Assembly: GCA_964605735.1 (NCBI GenBank)
Contig: CAZSDS010000001.1
Location: 6,771 to 70,770 of the forward strand
From: an uncultured Candidatus Saccharibacteria bacterium
Lineage (GTDB): Bacteria; Patescibacteriota; Doudnabacteria; UBA920; O2-02-FULL-48-8
Length of the DNA: 64,000 nucleotides
Reading direction: 5' to 3'
A program made the translations under genes and the position numbers. Within the stretch, counting starts at the first letter, position 1. Each line of letters begins with the position of its first letter. Shown here piece by piece: positions 28,729 through 38,011 of the stretch. The notes beneath the pieces were generated by a model. The model worked only from the letters and a program-made list of their open reading frames with translations, searched no databases and was not told where the DNA came from.

Positions 28729-28817
28729 AACACCAACGCACGAAGAGGCGGTTGCGGACATTTGCATTAGCATTTGTTCCGCAACCGCCCTTATTTTTTA
28801 AGTACCGTTTCGCGGAA

Positions 28818-30632
28818 TTATAGCTTTCGTCCCAAAATTTCAGTCACCAAAAGGTCCGCAAACTTATTCAGTTCCATAACGCCCAAATCTTTATGGTTTC
28901 TTGCGCGCACCGACACTTTTTTGGCTTCCATTTCTTTTTCGCCAATAATCAACATATAAGGGATTTTCTGCATTTCAGCTTCGCGAATTTTTTTGCCGAT
29001 CGACTCGTTTCGCCCGTCAATTTCAACGCGCACCCCCATGTCTTTGAGTTCGGCGTAAACCTGTTCAGCGTATTTAACTTGCTTGTCGGTTATTGGCAGG
29101 ATCTTGGTTTGAACCGGGGCCAGCCATGCCGGAAATGCACCGGCAAAATGTTCAATCAAAATTCCCATAAACCTTTCGAATGAACCAAGCAGAGCGCGGT
29201 GGATGACTATCGGAGTTTTGCGCGTGCCGTCTGCATCAACGTATTCAAGTTTAAACCGCTTTGGCATTTGAAAATCCAATTGAACAGTTGCCAATTGCCA
29301 CTTTCGTCCGAGCACGTCCTTGATTTGCATGTCAATTTTCGGGCCGTAGAACGCGCCATCTCCCGGATTTATTTCATATTTCCACTTGGCCTTTTTCAGC
29401 GCCTGCGCCAAAGATTTTTCCGCGGCCTCCCATTCCTCCTGTGTACCCAAAGCCTTTTCAGGCTTGGTGGAGAGGAAGACGTCTTCAACTTCCATTCCAA
29501 AGACTCTATAAATTGATTTTATTCGGTTGAGCAGATTTGCGACTTCGTCACTGACCTGATCCGGGGTTAAAAAGATGTGGCAGTCGTCCTGGGCAAACGC
29601 ACGGGTTCTGGTCATGCCGCCTAAAGCCCCGGAAAGTTCGTTGCGGTGCAAAGTGGACATTTCAGCAAAGCGCAGGGGCAGATCGCGGTATGAATACAAG
29701 CCCTGGGAAAACAGGATCATATGGCCAGGGCAGTTCATTGGCTTAAGCGCGAAGTCCCGGCCCTCCACTTTGAATTTAAACATGTCATCGGAATAGTGTT
29801 CCCAGTGGCCGGAAGTTTTCCAAAGTTCGGCATCAAACATCAAAGGCAGTTTCACTTCCTTGTATCCATCGCCGTAAGAAACCTCGCGGACAAATTTTTC
29901 AAGCTCATTTCTGACAATTGTTCCATGAGGCTGGTAAAAAGGAACGCCTGGCGAAAGTTCGTGAAAAAGGAATAACCCAAGTTTTGGTCCAATAACCCTG
30001 TGGTCGCGCTTGGCAATTTCTTCCTGCAATTTTACGTGCTCTTCCAATTCTTTAGCTGTTTCAAAAGCTAATCCATAAATGCGCTGCATCTGTGCGTTGG
30101 CCTGGTCGCCGCGCCAATAAGCGCCAGAAATCTTATCCAGCTTAAAGCTTTGCGGGTCAATCTCTGAAGTATTTTCAACGTGTCCGCCGCGGCAGAGGTC
30201 CGTAAATTTTCCGGTTTTGTAAAGAGTCACTGTTTCCACTTTGTCAGACTCTTTTTTCTGTTCATTGATTTTTGCATCGCTGTTCAGGATTTCATCAGCG
30301 ACAGTTGTGCCATATTTTTCAATGTCTTTGATCAGCTCAATTTTGAATGGCTGGTTGTGGTCTGTGAAATATGCTTTGGCTTCGTGCGTGGTCATTTCAT
30401 GCTTTTCAAAGGGCAGTTTTTGTTTGACCAATTCCCGCATGCGTTTTTCCAGTTTCTTTATATCTTCCGGAGTGAGTGGTCGAGGCAGAAGGAAGTCATA
30501 GAAAAATCCGTGTTCAATAACCGGCCCAACACCAAGCTGAGCCTTGGGAAACATTTCCAACACCGCGCTTGCCAGAATGTGGGCGAGCGAGTGTCGCAAG
30601 TTATGCAGTTTGTCTGTTTTGTTATTTTTCAT
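28818..30632 (-). CDS. thrS: Threonyl-tRNA synthetase (short form lacking N-terminal TGS domain)
   Basis: 604 aa. Class II aaRS motifs and ThrRS editing-domain/catalytic-core sequence (HRDLPLRFAEMSTLHRNELSGALGGMTRTRAF). C-terminal anticodon-binding domain. Confidence 0.9.
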   Translation of the reverse strand: MKNNKTDKLHNLRHSLAHILASAVLEMFPKAQLGVGPVIEHGFFYDFLLPRPLTPEDIKKLEKRMRELVKQKLPFEKHEMTTHEAKAYFTDHNQPFKIELIKDIEKYGTTVADEILNSDAKINEQKKESDKVETVTLYKTGKFTDLCRGGHVENTSEIDPQSFKLDKISGAYWRGDQANAQMQRIYGLAFETAKELEEHVKLQEEIAKRDHRVIGPKLGLFLFHELSPGVPFYQPHGTIVRNELEKFVREVSYGDGYKEVKLPLMFDAELWKTSGHWEHYSDDMFKFKVEGRDFALKPMNCPGHMILFSQGLYSYRDLPLRFAEMSTLHRNELSGALGGMTRTRAFAQDDCHIFLTPDQVSDEVANLLNRIKSIYRVFGMEVEDVFLSTKPEKALGTQEEWEAAEKSLAQALKKAKWKYEINPGDGAFYGPKIDMQIKDVLGRKWQLATVQLDFQMPKRFKLEYVDADGTRKTPIVIHRALLGSFERFMGILIEHFAGAFPAWLAPVQTKILPITDKQVKYAEQVYAELKDMGVRVEIDGRNESIGKKIREAEMQKIPYMLIIGEKEMEAKKVSVRARNHKDLGVMELNKFADLLVTEILGRKL

Positions 30633-30784
30633 AAGAATATTGTGACGCAGCGTGTTTGTTCGGATGCGGGCTGACGGAGTTCGCTTTCAGGCGAACGAGT
30701 CTTGAGCAGAAAATTTAACGCGAGTTAAATTTTACTGCGTACCGCAGACGGACAAACCGCGCAGTCAATATCTATAAATTAAGG

Positions 30785-30915
30785 AATAAAAAAAAGCACA
30801 TACGTGCTTGGGACTCTCGCGAGTGGTTCCACCCAATGCTTATCTTAATTCCATCCACTAACGCGGGAAGCAAGCGCTTGCCTCAATGGTTGGTGGCCAT
30901 ATCATCAGCAAGATG
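30785..30915 (-). promoter_or_regulatory. Putative T-box riboswitch leader (Thr specificity) with terminator/antiterminator, upstream of thrS
   Basis: Minus-strand sequence GCAUUGGGUGGAACCACUCGCGAGAGUCCCAAGCACGUAUGUGCUUUUUUUU. The GGGUGGAACC core matches the T-box consensus (AGGGUGGNACCGCG). It can form an A1 helix UUGGG:CCCAA around a 7-nt bulge UGGAACC and an A2 hairpin ACUC-GCGA-GAGU. The competing terminator AAGCAC-GUAU-GUGCUU plus U8 overlaps the 3' strand of A1. An upstream candidate specifier is ACCA in CCACCAACC. Stem I seems short. Confidence 0.5.
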
Positions 30916-30920
30916 TTTTG

Positions 30921-30949
30921 ATTATATACCCGTTTATTTGCGCCGTCAA
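30921..30949 (-). promoter_or_regulatory. Sigma70-type promoter TTGACG-17-TATAAT driving the thrS leader
   Basis: On the minus strand: TTGACG (plus-strand 30944-30949 complement), 17-nt spacer, TATAAT (30921-30926 complement). Located just after the dnaE stop. Confidence 0.6.
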
Positions 30950-30955
30950 AAACCC

Positions 30956-33900
30956 TTAACTTATTAAGGCTTTAATCTTACCTTTTAGTTCTTCGTTCAT
31001 GGAGATTTTGAAAGGGGTTTTGATTTTTTGCTCATTGATCACCAGGTTCACATCCAGATTGCCGGGGTATTGTTCAAACAGCTTTTTCAATTCCACAAAA
31101 ATATCTTGTGAGACATTGCCTGGGATTTTTATGGTCACGGTTGGTGTGCCATTTGAACCTGTGCGCGCCGGTTTGGCAGGCTGGGGGATCATGGCCATAT
31201 TAAACTCTTCCACTTTCTCCGCGAGGAATTTAGGCACCCCATCCTTGTCAGAAACCTTTCCGGTGATCAACAGGATCCGATCTGATTCAATCAGCTGGCC
31301 GAATTGTTGCAGTACTTTAGGGAAGATCAGTACTTCAATTACGCCGGTTTTGTCTTCCACATCCACAAACCACATGGGGTCTCCCTTTTTGGTCATGATT
31401 TTCTGGATGCGGGTGACTACGCCGCCAATTGTCAGTTCATTCTGTGTTTTTGATTGGGAAGCTAACTTGATAGGCCGCGCGACTTTATTGATGTGCTCCT
31501 GCACATCATCCATTGGGTGAGCTGTGACGAACAAGCCCAGCAATTCTTTTTCCCAGTTGACTTTGTCGCGTTTAGTGGCCGGCTCGACCTCGTGAAGTTT
31601 AAGCTTTGCCTGCGGCAATTGCGCTTCGCCAAACAAACTGTGCTGTTTTTCTTCGGACAATTTGAATTGGTTGCGGGCAAATTCCAAAATAATTTCAGAA
31701 TTGCCCAATAAAGCACCGCGTTCCCCAAGGCTGTCCATTGCCCCTGATTTAACTAAAGACTCCCATGACTTTTTGTTGAAATTTCTCGTTTTGATTCTTG
31801 TCAGGAAGTCTTCCATATTTTTGAATTTTCCACCTTCCTTACGAATTGCAATAATCCGATCAATTACATCAGATCCCAAATTTTTGATCGCGTTCAATCC
31901 AAAGCGAATGTGTTTTTCGTCGATAACGGTAAAACCGGACCGGCTTTCATTTACGTCCGGCGGCAAAATTTCAATGCCCAAAACGCGACACTCTTCAATG
32001 GCCTCTACCACGGTATCCATGTTTCCTGATTCAGCAGTCAAAACCGCGGCCATAAACTCCACTGTGTAATTGGCTTTCATGTAAGCAGTCTGGTAACTGA
32101 CCACACAGTAGGAAGCAGAGTGTCCTTTGTTGAATCCGTAAGCAGCAAATGGCTCAATCCAGCTCCAAATGTTTGTCGCTTTTTCCTCAGACCAGCCTGA
32201 GGTGTCCATACAGCCTTTAATAAACTTAGCCTTTTGCTTAGCCATTTCTTCCGGAATCTTTTTACCCACGGCTTTTCTGAATTTATCAACCTCTTCCCAG
32301 GAATATCCGGCTAAATCATGTGCGATTGTCAGCAAGTCGTCCTGGTAAACCAAAATTCCATAAGTTCGTTCCAGAATTTTTTCAAAGGCCGGGTCAAAGT
32401 ATTTGATCAGGCTTGGTTTGTGTTTGCGGGAAATATATTCAGGGATGAATTGCATCGGACCGGGGCGGTATAAAGCAATCATGGCCATGATGTCAAAAAT
32501 AGTGGAAGGCTTAAGTTCCATCAGGTAGCGCGTCATGCCTGAAGAGCCCAACTGGAACACGCCAAAAGTATGGCCTTCTGACAGGAGTTTGAAAGTCTTT
32601 GGGTCAGGGTGGGGAAGATTGTAAATATCGATCTTCACGTTGTGGCGGGCTTCCGCAATCCGCACGGCCGCTTCCAGTATTGATAAGTTTCGAATACCCA
32701 AAAGATCCATCTTGATCACACCAATAGCATTGTTGTTGGCGTTGACATCCAAAGCATACATGTCGTATTGCGTGATGACGCGGTTGCCGTCAGGTTCAAG
32801 CTGCAGCGGCATGTAGTCGGTCAGCTCAGTCGGGGTGATGATGATGCCGGCCGCGTGAATGGAAGCGTGGCGCGCGCCGCCCTCAAGCTTCTTGGCGATG
32901 TCAATAATTTTCCTGGTTTCAGGGTCTTTTTCATAAACCTCTTTCAGTTCGTTGTTCAGGTTCATGGCTTTGTCCAGGGTCATATGGAAACCCTGTTTGC
33001 CCATAGGGATCATTTTGGCGATTTGATCGCATTTGGCGTAGGCAACTCCAAGCGCCCGTCCCACGTCCCGGACAGCGGCGCGCGCCTGCATGGTTCCAAA
33101 CGTAATGATCTGCGCCACTTTCTCTTTTCCGTATTTGTTCGTAATATATTCAATTGCCTCATCACGGCGGTTATCAGCAATATCCAAGTCAATATCAGGC
33201 GGAGTAGGGCGGTGTGCCGTCAAGAATCGTTCAAAAGGAATCGCAAACTCCAGAGGATCGACGTTTGTAATACCCAGAACATAACCAACAATACTGCCGG
33301 CCGCGCTCCCTCTGGTGTTGGTGATGGCGCCCAAGGCATGTGCGCCTTCAACAATGTCAGCCACCATCAAAAAATAAGTGTCGAAGCCTTTCATTTCAAT
33401 GATGCCCAGCTCATAGTCAATGCGCTGTCTGACATTTTCCGGTATTTCACCGGTCTGGCCATATTTAAGCAACGCCCGTTCATAAGTGAGCTCCCGCAAA
33501 TACTGCGCCGGTGTTTTTCCTTCAGGCACTTCCACTTTAGGGAAATAGCGCTGGTTCGTTAAAATCTCCAAATTACAGCGTTCAGCGATTTTCGCGCTTT
33601 CCGCAACAGCATCTGGATAATCCGCAAAGCGTTCATACATTTCATCAGCAGACTTAAGCGACAAATCATAGGCACGCATATCAAGCCGGTCAGAATCAGA
33701 AGTGGTTTTGCCTGTGCCGATGCAAACCAGAACATCCTGAGCTTCACTGTCTTCCGGACGCAAGTAATGGCAGTCAGCGGTGGCGACTAGCTTCAAACCG
33801 TTTTTTCGCGCAACTTCCACCAGCCTGGTGATCAGTTTTTCTTCGTGATCATCGCGTACCCGCGCGTTCCGTTGTATCTCAATATACAAATTTTCCCTGC

Positions 33901-34399
33901 CGAAAATATCTATGTACTTATCAACCACTTTCTGCGCTTCCTCTTCTGATTTGGTCATCACTGCGCGCGCGATCTCTCCGCGCATGCATCCGGACAAGCA
34001 AATAATTCCTTCCGCATGTTCCTTCAGTGCCTGCAAATCGATCCTTGGCTTGTAGTAGTAGCCCACAGTATGCGCCAGAGTCGTCAGTTTCATCAAATTT
34101 TTGTAGCCGGCATCGTTGCTGGCCAGCAACGTCAGATGGAAATAGTTGGCATCCTGTTTGCCTTCTTTGTCTTCCATGCGGCGTGGGGAAATATATGCCT
34201 CAACTCCGATGATCGGCTTAACCTCGTTTTCCCGGCAAAGATTGTAAAATTCAATCGTCCCATACATTACTCCGTGGTCGGTGATGGCCAAACTGGACAT
34301 ACCCAGCTCCTTGGCGCGCTCAACAAGTTCCTCAGTCTTGGACAGGCCATCCAGCAGGGAGAAATGGGAATGTAGATGTAGGTGGGTAAATGGCTTCAT
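30956..34399 (-). CDS. dnaE: DNA polymerase III alpha subunit
   Basis: About 1147 aa from the likely start MKPFTHLHLHSHFSLLDG (PHP domain). The ORF frame opens further upstream at 34477. Polymerase core, HhH and OB-fold regions present. Confidence 0.9.
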   Translation of the reverse strand: MKPFTHLHLHSHFSLLDGLSKTEELVERAKELGMSSLAITDHGVMYGTIEFYNLCRENEVKPIIGVEAYISPRRMEDKEGKQDANYFHLTLLASNDAGYKNLMKLTTLAHTVGYYYKPRIDLQALKEHAEGIICLSGCMRGEIARAVMTKSEEEAQKVVDKYIDIFGRENLYIEIQRNARVRDDHEEKLITRLVEVARKNGLKLVATADCHYLRPEDSEAQDVLVCIGTGKTTSDSDRLDMRAYDLSLKSADEMYERFADYPDAVAESAKIAERCNLEILTNQRYFPKVEVPEGKTPAQYLRELTYERALLKYGQTGEIPENVRQRIDYELGIIEMKGFDTYFLMVADIVEGAHALGAITNTRGSAAGSIVGYVLGITNVDPLEFAIPFERFLTAHRPTPPDIDLDIADNRRDEAIEYITNKYGKEKVAQIITFGTMQARAAVRDVGRALGVAYAKCDQIAKMIPMGKQGFHMTLDKAMNLNNELKEVYEKDPETRKIIDIAKKLEGGARHASIHAAGIIITPTELTDYMPLQLEPDGNRVITQYDMYALDVNANNNAIGVIKMDLLGIRNLSILEAAVRIAEARHNVKIDIYNLPHPDPKTFKLLSEGHTFGVFQLGSSGMTRYLMELKPSTIFDIMAMIALYRPGPMQFIPEYISRKHKPSLIKYFDPAFEKILERTYGILVYQDDLLTIAHDLAGYSWEEVDKFRKAVGKKIPEEMAKQKAKFIKGCMDTSGWSEEKATNIWSWIEPFAAYGFNKGHSASYCVVSYQTAYMKANYTVEFMAAVLTAESGNMDTVVEAIEECRVLGIEILPPDVNESRSGFTVIDEKHIRFGLNAIKNLGSDVIDRIIAIRKEGGKFKNMEDFLTRIKTRNFNKKSWESLVKSGAMDSLGERGALLGNSEIILEFARNQFKLSEEKQHSLFGEAQLPQAKLKLHEVEPATKRDKVNWEKELLGLFVTAHPMDDVQEHINKVARPIKLASQSKTQNELTIGGVVTRIQKIMTKKGDPMWFVDVEDKTGVIEVLIFPKVLQQFGQLIESDRILLITGKVSDKDGVPKFLAEKVEEFNMAMIPQPAKPARTGSNGTPTVTIKIPGNVSQDIFVELKKLFEQYPGNLDVNLVINEQKIKTPFKISMNEELKGKIKALIS

Positions 34400-34533
34400 G
34401 TGGATTACATTATCGCAAAAAATTCCTGAACAATCCAATTTGCCGGCAAACCCCCGAAATTTCAGGCGAACAGGCAAAAGATGGTATAATAAATGGGCAA
34501 ATTAAAACTGTTTTTGGCCGGACAAACACAAAA

Positions 34534-35358
34534 ATGAATTTTGAAGAGAACGATAGGGCAGAAGAATGGTTTCTGATCATAGGGGATTGGTTCAGATCAA
34601 CCCACAGGCGCTGGTTTTATGCGCTTTTGCTGGTCATTGCCATGGCTATACCTCTGCAGATTTTCCTGAAATACAGTTTCCGCCAGGTTTTTGTTTCGAG
34701 CATCTCGGAATTGAGGGTAAACTATGAGCCGGTCACCAAACTGCCTTTGGAGGTTGTTGAAACGAAAGTATTTGATCTGGGCAACGGGACCTACTCCGGC
34801 TATGCTCGGGTGAAAAACAACAACAGTGATTGGGGAGTGCCTGAGCAGAAATACATTTTTGCGTTTCTGGCCGGATCAGGAGAACAAGTTATGGCCTCAA
34901 GCGGTGCAACTTTTATTCTTCCGTTTTCGGAAAAAATCATTGCCTTCCCTCGATTCCAGTCTGACAAAGCGCCGAACAGGATCAACTTTACTCTTCAGCA
35001 ATCAGAGTTTATCCGCCCTCCGCAGTTGCCCGTTGTGAATTTTGAAATCCAGCGCAGATCTCTAAGCTCAGAAGTCAACCAGACGATAGTCTCTGCGGTG
35101 ATAGTCAACCGTTCTCCGTTTAGGATTACCCGGGTGGACTTGCCAGTCCTTTTGTTTGATAATCAGAACCGGATCATAGGAGTAAATTACACGAACATAA
35201 ATGACCTGACCTCCAACGAATCCCGCTCCTTCCAATACACGTGGTTTAACCGCATTAACAATGTCTCACGCATTGAAATCATTCCGGAATTGAATCCTTA
35301 CAACCGGGATATTTTCGGCGCTGTGCCGGGACAAAACCCTTTCGACGACCTTGAATAA
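34534..35358 (+). CDS. Hypothetical membrane-anchored protein with two tandem ~100-aa extracytoplasmic domains, translationally coupled to the SEDS gene
   Basis: About 274 aa from the ATG at 34534. The ORF frame opens at 34390. Single N-terminal TM (WFYALLLVIAMAIPLQIFL). Ends 8 nt inside the ftsW/rodA start. Confidence 0.5.
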   Translation: MNFEENDRAEEWFLIIGDWFRSTHRRWFYALLLVIAMAIPLQIFLKYSFRQVFVSSISELRVNYEPVTKLPLEVVETKVFDLGNGTYSGYARVKNNNSDWGVPEQKYIFAFLAGSGEQVMASSGATFILPFSEKIIAFPRFQSDKAPNRINFTLQQSEFIRPPQLPVVNFEIQRRSLSSEVNQTIVSAVIVNRSPFRITRVDLPVLLFDNQNRIIGVNYTNINDLTSNESRSFQYTWFNRINNVSRIEIIPELNPYNRDIFGAVPGQNPFDDLE

Positions 35359-36466
35359 TTTCCGCCTGTGGACCAGGAACTTACATTACTTTGATGTGTT
35401 TCTATTCGGCAGCAGCATATTGCTGCTGTTTTTGGGCTTGCTTATGGTTTATTCCACGACCAATGCGGATAGCGGCTCAAGCCAGCTGCTCAGGCAGGCT
35501 TTGTTTGCCGGGATCGGGTTGGTGGGCATGTTCGCCCTAACCTTTTATGATTACCGGAATTTGAAAAAATTGACGCCTTGGATTTACATTGGTGTGATTG
35601 TGGCCTTACTGGTAGTATTTTTTTTCGGCCCGGCCGTAAGGGGTTCGGCCCGTTGGATTGATCTTGGATTCTTCCGTCTTCAACCGGCTGAATTTACCAA
35701 GCTGGCTATGATTATTATTATGGCCAAATACCTGGACCAGACCGGCGAGAAACTGAAAAATTTCCGATACGTTCTGCTTTCCGCAGTTTATTTAGCCATT
35801 CCAATGTTTTTGATTTTGATCGAACCGGATTTAGGGTCGTCTCTGGTTGTATTGTCTGTCTGGTTTGGCTTGCTGTTGTTTTCGAAAATAAACAAGAAGC
35901 ATGTTTTGGTGCTGGTCGTCAGTTTTTTGGTTCTGGCTGTGTTGGCATGGTTTTTTGTCCTGCATGACTACCAGCATGAACGCGTCTATACCTTTTTGGA
36001 TCCGGACCGCGACCCTCAGGGGCAGGGTTATAACGTTCTGCAGTCAATCATTGCGGTCGGTTCCGGCCAGTTGTTGGGAAGGGGAGTTGGGCGAGGTTTC
36101 CAATCCCAATTGGATTTTTTGCCGGAGCGTCAGACTGACTTTATTTTCGCCTCCACCGCCGAAGAATTGGGCATGGTTGGCAGTGTGGTGCTTCTCGGCT
36201 TGTATTTTGTGGTTTTTATGCGCTTGATAAAAACCTGCCGAAGCGCTCGCGATAACTTTGGAATGTATTTAAGCCTTGGCGTATTTATCATGCTTCTTAC
36301 GCAAGTGGTGATAAACATCGGGATGAACATAGGAATCATGCCGGTTACCGGAATTCCTTTGCCGTTATTGAGTCTGGGGGGCAGTTCCATGATAACCACA
36401 CTTTTAAGCCTTGGCATTGTGCAGAGCGTGGTAGCCAGACAAAAAGCTGTGCGGTTCGGAGTATAA
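35351..36466 (+). CDS. FtsW/RodA/SpoVE family (SEDS) cell-wall polymerase
   Basis: 371 aa. About 10 TM helices. Conserved SEDS motifs (DLGSSLVV, QLDFLPERQTDFIFA, PVTGIPLPLLSLGGSSM). Confidence 0.85.
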   Translation: MNNFRLWTRNLHYFDVFLFGSSILLLFLGLLMVYSTTNADSGSSQLLRQALFAGIGLVGMFALTFYDYRNLKKLTPWIYIGVIVALLVVFFFGPAVRGSARWIDLGFFRLQPAEFTKLAMIIIMAKYLDQTGEKLKNFRYVLLSAVYLAIPMFLILIEPDLGSSLVVLSVWFGLLLFSKINKKHVLVLVVSFLVLAVLAWFFVLHDYQHERVYTFLDPDRDPQGQGYNVLQSIIAVGSGQLLGRGVGRGFQSQLDFLPERQTDFIFASTAEELGMVGSVVLLGLYFVVFMRLIKTCRSARDNFGMYLSLGVFIMLLTQVVINIGMNIGIMPVTGIPLPLLSLGGSSMITTLLSLGIVQSVVARQKAVRFGV

Positions 36467-36563
36467 TTTTAACCAAAGCAAACTTGCCTTGACGCTTCAT
36501 TACCCCAGACCTATGATTAAGACAGATGGCAGTAATGATGGAATTCATTAACAATAAATCACA

Positions 36564-36920
36564 ATGAACAAATTCGATTTTAAGAAAATAATTGAATGGT
36601 TGTCTCAAATGCTCAGGTGCCCGGTCTGCGGATACCGATACAGCCTCGAACAAACCAAAATTATCGACTCTAAAGACGAAAAAAGCGGGCCTAACGCCGC
36701 GCTGCTGATTCATACTGATTGTGAACGATGCAAAAGCTCGGTGGTTTTCAGCATCGCAGTTGACGGTCCGGAGATTTTCTCAGTCGGCATGGTTACGGAT
36801 CTGACTTCCCAGGACACCACCAAATTCAAAAATACTGAACCTATCGGCTCTGATGAGGTCCTTGCCACCCATCAGTTTTTGCAGGACTTCAATGGTGACT
36901 TTCGCGAGGCCTTGAAATAA
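36564..36920 (+). CDS. Hypothetical zinc-ribbon protein
   Basis: 118-aa ORF with CPVCGY ... CERCKS (CxxC...CxxC). Confidence 0.4.
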   Translation: MNKFDFKKIIEWLSQMLRCPVCGYRYSLEQTKIIDSKDEKSGPNAALLIHTDCERCKSSVVFSIAVDGPEIFSVGMVTDLTSQDTTKFKNTEPIGSDEVLATHQFLQDFNGDFREALK

Positions 36921-37212
36921 TATCGCTGATAGTGTATAGTGTCTAATCTGGCACATGCCGGTTACGGACGGAGGACTCATGCTGAAAGCAATTCGTGAAT
37001 TCGACCTTCGGGAGTTTGTCGCTTCAATTCCCAACAGGATCATGGGTATGGTCGGCAGTGTTGTCAGCTGGCCATTCCAGAGAGTAATCAATCTGGCTGA
37101 AAGGCGCGGTCACGGGATGAATATCCCGATGTAGGCTTCAGCTTCGTGAAGTTCCGGCGGTCCGCTCTGCGGCCCGCCTTTTTCTTTTTGTGCGAGGGGA
37201 GATAAGCGGGAG

Positions 37213-37241
37213 TTGACGACCAGGCGGAAAAATGTTAAACT
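37213..37241 (+). promoter_or_regulatory. Putative sigma70 promoter TTGACG-17-TAAACT upstream of rplY
   Basis: Hexamers at 37213-37218 and 37236-37241. About 25 nt upstream of the rplY ATG. Confidence 0.45.
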
Positions 37242-37266
37242 TTGGAAGCATTATTTAGACTAATTT

Positions 37267-37944
37267 ATGGCAGAAATCACGATAAACGCCACAAAACGCA
37301 CAGTTTCCGGCAAACCGGTTAACAAGCTCCGCAAGGTAGGAAAGCTTCCAGCTGTTGTTTATGGCCACAATGTTCAATCTGAAAACATCGAAGTCAGCGA
37401 AAATGAATTCCTGAAGGCTTTCAAAAAAGCCGGCGAATCCACAATCGTAAACCTTTCCGTGGAAGGCAAGAATATCCCAGTTTTGATCCAGGATGTTCAC
37501 AATCACTATTTGAAAGACACTCCAATCCACGTGGACTTTTATGCGGTAAACATGAGTGAAAAGCTGACTGCTACAGTACCTTTGCACTTTATTGGCGAAT
37601 CTCAGGCTGTTAAGGCTCTGGGTGGTACCCTGGCGAGAAACCTTTCTGAGGTTGAAGTGGAATGTTTGCCAATGGATTTGCCTCAGAGTTTGGAAGTTGA
37701 TATTTCAGCTTTGAACACTTTTGACGACGCAATCCGCATTTCCGACCTTAAGGTTTCAGATAAAGTTGAAATCTTGGGTAATCCGGAAGAAGTTATCGCT
37801 GTTGTGACCCCGCCTCGTTCTGAAGAAGAAATGAAGGAACTGGATCAGGCACCTGTCGCGGCTGACGTTACAGCAGTTGAAGGCGTGGTCAAGCCTGAAG
37901 CCCCTGCAGAAGGCGAAGCTCCAGCCGAAGAAAAGAAAGAGTAA
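37267..37944 (+). CDS. rplY: 50S ribosomal protein L25 / general stress protein Ctc (long form)
   Basis: 225 aa. Conserved L25 N-terminus (RTVSGKPVNKLRKVGKLPAVVYGH). C-terminal acidic/AE-rich Ctc extension. Confidence 0.85.
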   Translation: MAEITINATKRTVSGKPVNKLRKVGKLPAVVYGHNVQSENIEVSENEFLKAFKKAGESTIVNLSVEGKNIPVLIQDVHNHYLKDTPIHVDFYAVNMSEKLTATVPLHFIGESQAVKALGGTLARNLSEVEVECLPMDLPQSLEVDISALNTFDDAIRISDLKVSDKVEILGNPEEVIAVVTPPRSEEEMKELDQAPVAADVTAVEGVVKPEAPAEGEAPAEEKKE

Positions 37945-37961
37945 GAAACGAACTTAAAAAA

Positions 37962-37990
37962 CACTGGCAACCGCCAGTGTTTTTTGTTAT
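37962..37990 (+). terminator. Intrinsic terminator after rplY
   Basis: ACACTGGC-AACC-GCCAGTGT hairpin followed by TTTTTGTT. Confidence 0.65.
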
Positions 37991-38011
37991 AGTTGTTTTA
38001 GGGAGGGAGCA

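Noticed and set aside
36979-37134. 51-codon ORF (MLKAIREFDLREFVASIPNRIMGMVGSVVSWPFQRVINLAERRGHGMNIPM) with GGAGG 5 nt upstream.
   Set aside because: Below the ORF-track cutoff and with no recognisable motif. Possibly real, given the good RBS, but not supported enough to list as a feature.
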